A program made the translations under genes and the position numbers. From contig NC_091472.1 of assembly GCF_036971445.1 (NCBI RefSeq), positions 91,822,001 through 91,886,000 on the forward strand: a DNA stretch of 64,000 bases. The letters are read 5' to 3'. The stretch's first letter is position 1; each line of letters begins with the position of its first letter. This document shows positions 62,631-64,000 of the stretch, in pieces. This stretch comes from Narcine bancroftii. Lineage: Eukaryota. The notes under the pieces are model-generated. The model saw only the letters and a list, made by a program, of their open reading frames with translations. It ran no database searches and was not told where the DNA came from.

Positions 62631-63599
62631 TGGAATGGAAGTAATTCATCCTGGACCCTGAAGAACTGTCAAAATAGGAAGAGCATTCACACCACACATC
62701 AACCCAAGCTTGAGTGTTATACAAGTGTTGGCACTTGCATGTGAATTGTTTCATTGATACTGGCTCTGAACATGTCAGCAATTCTCCTCCTTCTGATCTT
62801 TTATGGAGGGAAAGTCTGATTAAAGCAGTTGAATTTGATGGGTGCAAAGCACGGCACTGAGGAGGAGATTAAGTTACAACAATCACAACCATTTGTTGTA
62901 CAAGATCTGATTTCGGTTGGAATAGGATTTTGCCTTTGCAATCCAGTTCCCATTGATTTCAATATTGCCAAGTATGTCACACCTGGTCATATTGCATTGA
63001 TGACAAAGCAAAACCCTTTCACCTTGCCTGGAATTCAGTTTATATTTTCCATGTCTAGTTTAAGGTGTATCAAAGTCTGGACCTGAAATAAGCATGGGGG
63101 TAAGTCATAGATGAATGGTAATAGCTTTTTAGTACTTTCAATGAACTGTTCCATCACTGGACATAATACAGCTTGCGATATGCAGGTATTGGCTAGAATG
63201 GATTGCTCATGCTTTAAGTGGAAATGACAGATCTGAGAAATTTTGTTAGTCAGACTGTAGTGTTGTTGTTATTGTGAAGTTTGGTTCAATGTGTGGTTAA
63301 TTCTACAAGCCATTTTAAATCCTAGAAACCAGGATATTGTCAGAAGTTCTGCTGTGTCCATTTTGCAATGTCATGAGGAATGAATTGAATTAATTGGAGT
63401 CAGACCTTGTAGTTGAAGACGAGATAAATCATGTACTTGGCACTTTCTGCCTCAGGACAATTGTGCTCTGCAGTTATTGAGGATATTCATTGAGTTGAGT
63501 TGCTGTGTTATTTAAATATCCACCACCTTTCCCAGGACTTCTAAACAGCAATCTGATTTAATTGATTGCTCCAGTTTAAGTATGCTGTTTCTATTGTGT

Positions 63600-64000
63600 T
63601 AGTGTTGAGGATTCTTCAGCAGTGTGGATTCGATCCACGCTGCTGAAGATCCAACTGCGCTGGGTAGGTCACGTCTCCAGAATGGAGGACCATCGCCTTC
63701 CAAAGATCGTGTTATATGGCGAGCTCTCCACTGGCCACCGAGACAGAGGTGCACCAAAGAAGAGGTACAAGGACTGCCTAAAGAAATCTCTTGGTGCCTG
63801 CCACATTGACCACTGCCAGTGGGCTGATATCGCCTCAAACCATGCATCTTGGCGCCTCACAGTTCGGCCGGCACCAACCTCCTTTGAAGAAGACCGCAGA
63901 GCCCACCTCACTGACAAAAGACAAAGGAGGAGAAACCCAACACTCAACCCCAACCAACCAATTTTCCCTTTCAACCGCTGCAACCGTGTCTGCCTGTCCC
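63600..64000 (+). mobile_element. RTE LINE 3' fragment (runs off window)
   Basis: Highly similar to the reverse of 11330-11770 ('QLRWVGHVSRMEDHRLPKIVLYGEL'). Confidence 0.88.

Noticed and set aside
58473-64000. POLR3F exon 5 (GIWSRDIR...)
   Set aside because: Not found by eye; presumably lies beyond the window.

Overview
Repeat-rich vertebrate genomic DNA, most likely from a cartilaginous fish (ray/shark); this is inferred from the CR1, Rex-Babar, RTE, V-SINE and Penelope repeat mix, not proven. It holds the 5' ends of two divergent host genes. DZANK1 is on the minus strand (7 phase-consistent coding exons, 32417 to 5285, CpG/CCAAT promoter near 34.0 kb). POLR3F/RPC6 is on the plus strand (exons 1-4, 54041-58472). 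The ~20 kb between them is mostly a nested insertion stack. (i) An old class III (ERV-L/S-like) provirus on the minus strand, 34959-50377, retains gag-pro-RT-RNaseH and a gamma-type env remnant. (ii) Its 3' LTR is interrupted by a probable solo LTR. (iii) An intron-containing Harbinger transposon sits between its pol and env. (iv) A young, nearly complete class I provirus (39097-46690; 496-bp LTRs ~98% identical, tRNA-Pro PBS, ATAC TSD) is inserted in the last codons of the Harbinger transposase; its env is reduced to an open, signal-peptide-bearing SU-only ORF. DZANK1 introns contain a BEL/Pao element whose gag carries an apparently captured SLTM/SAFB-like SAP-domain segment, a decayed Gypsy element, many LINE fragments, Penelope remnants with hammerhead-like cores and a 31-bp minisatellite. 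All family and gene assignments come from reading motifs by eye against recalled sequences; no searches were run.
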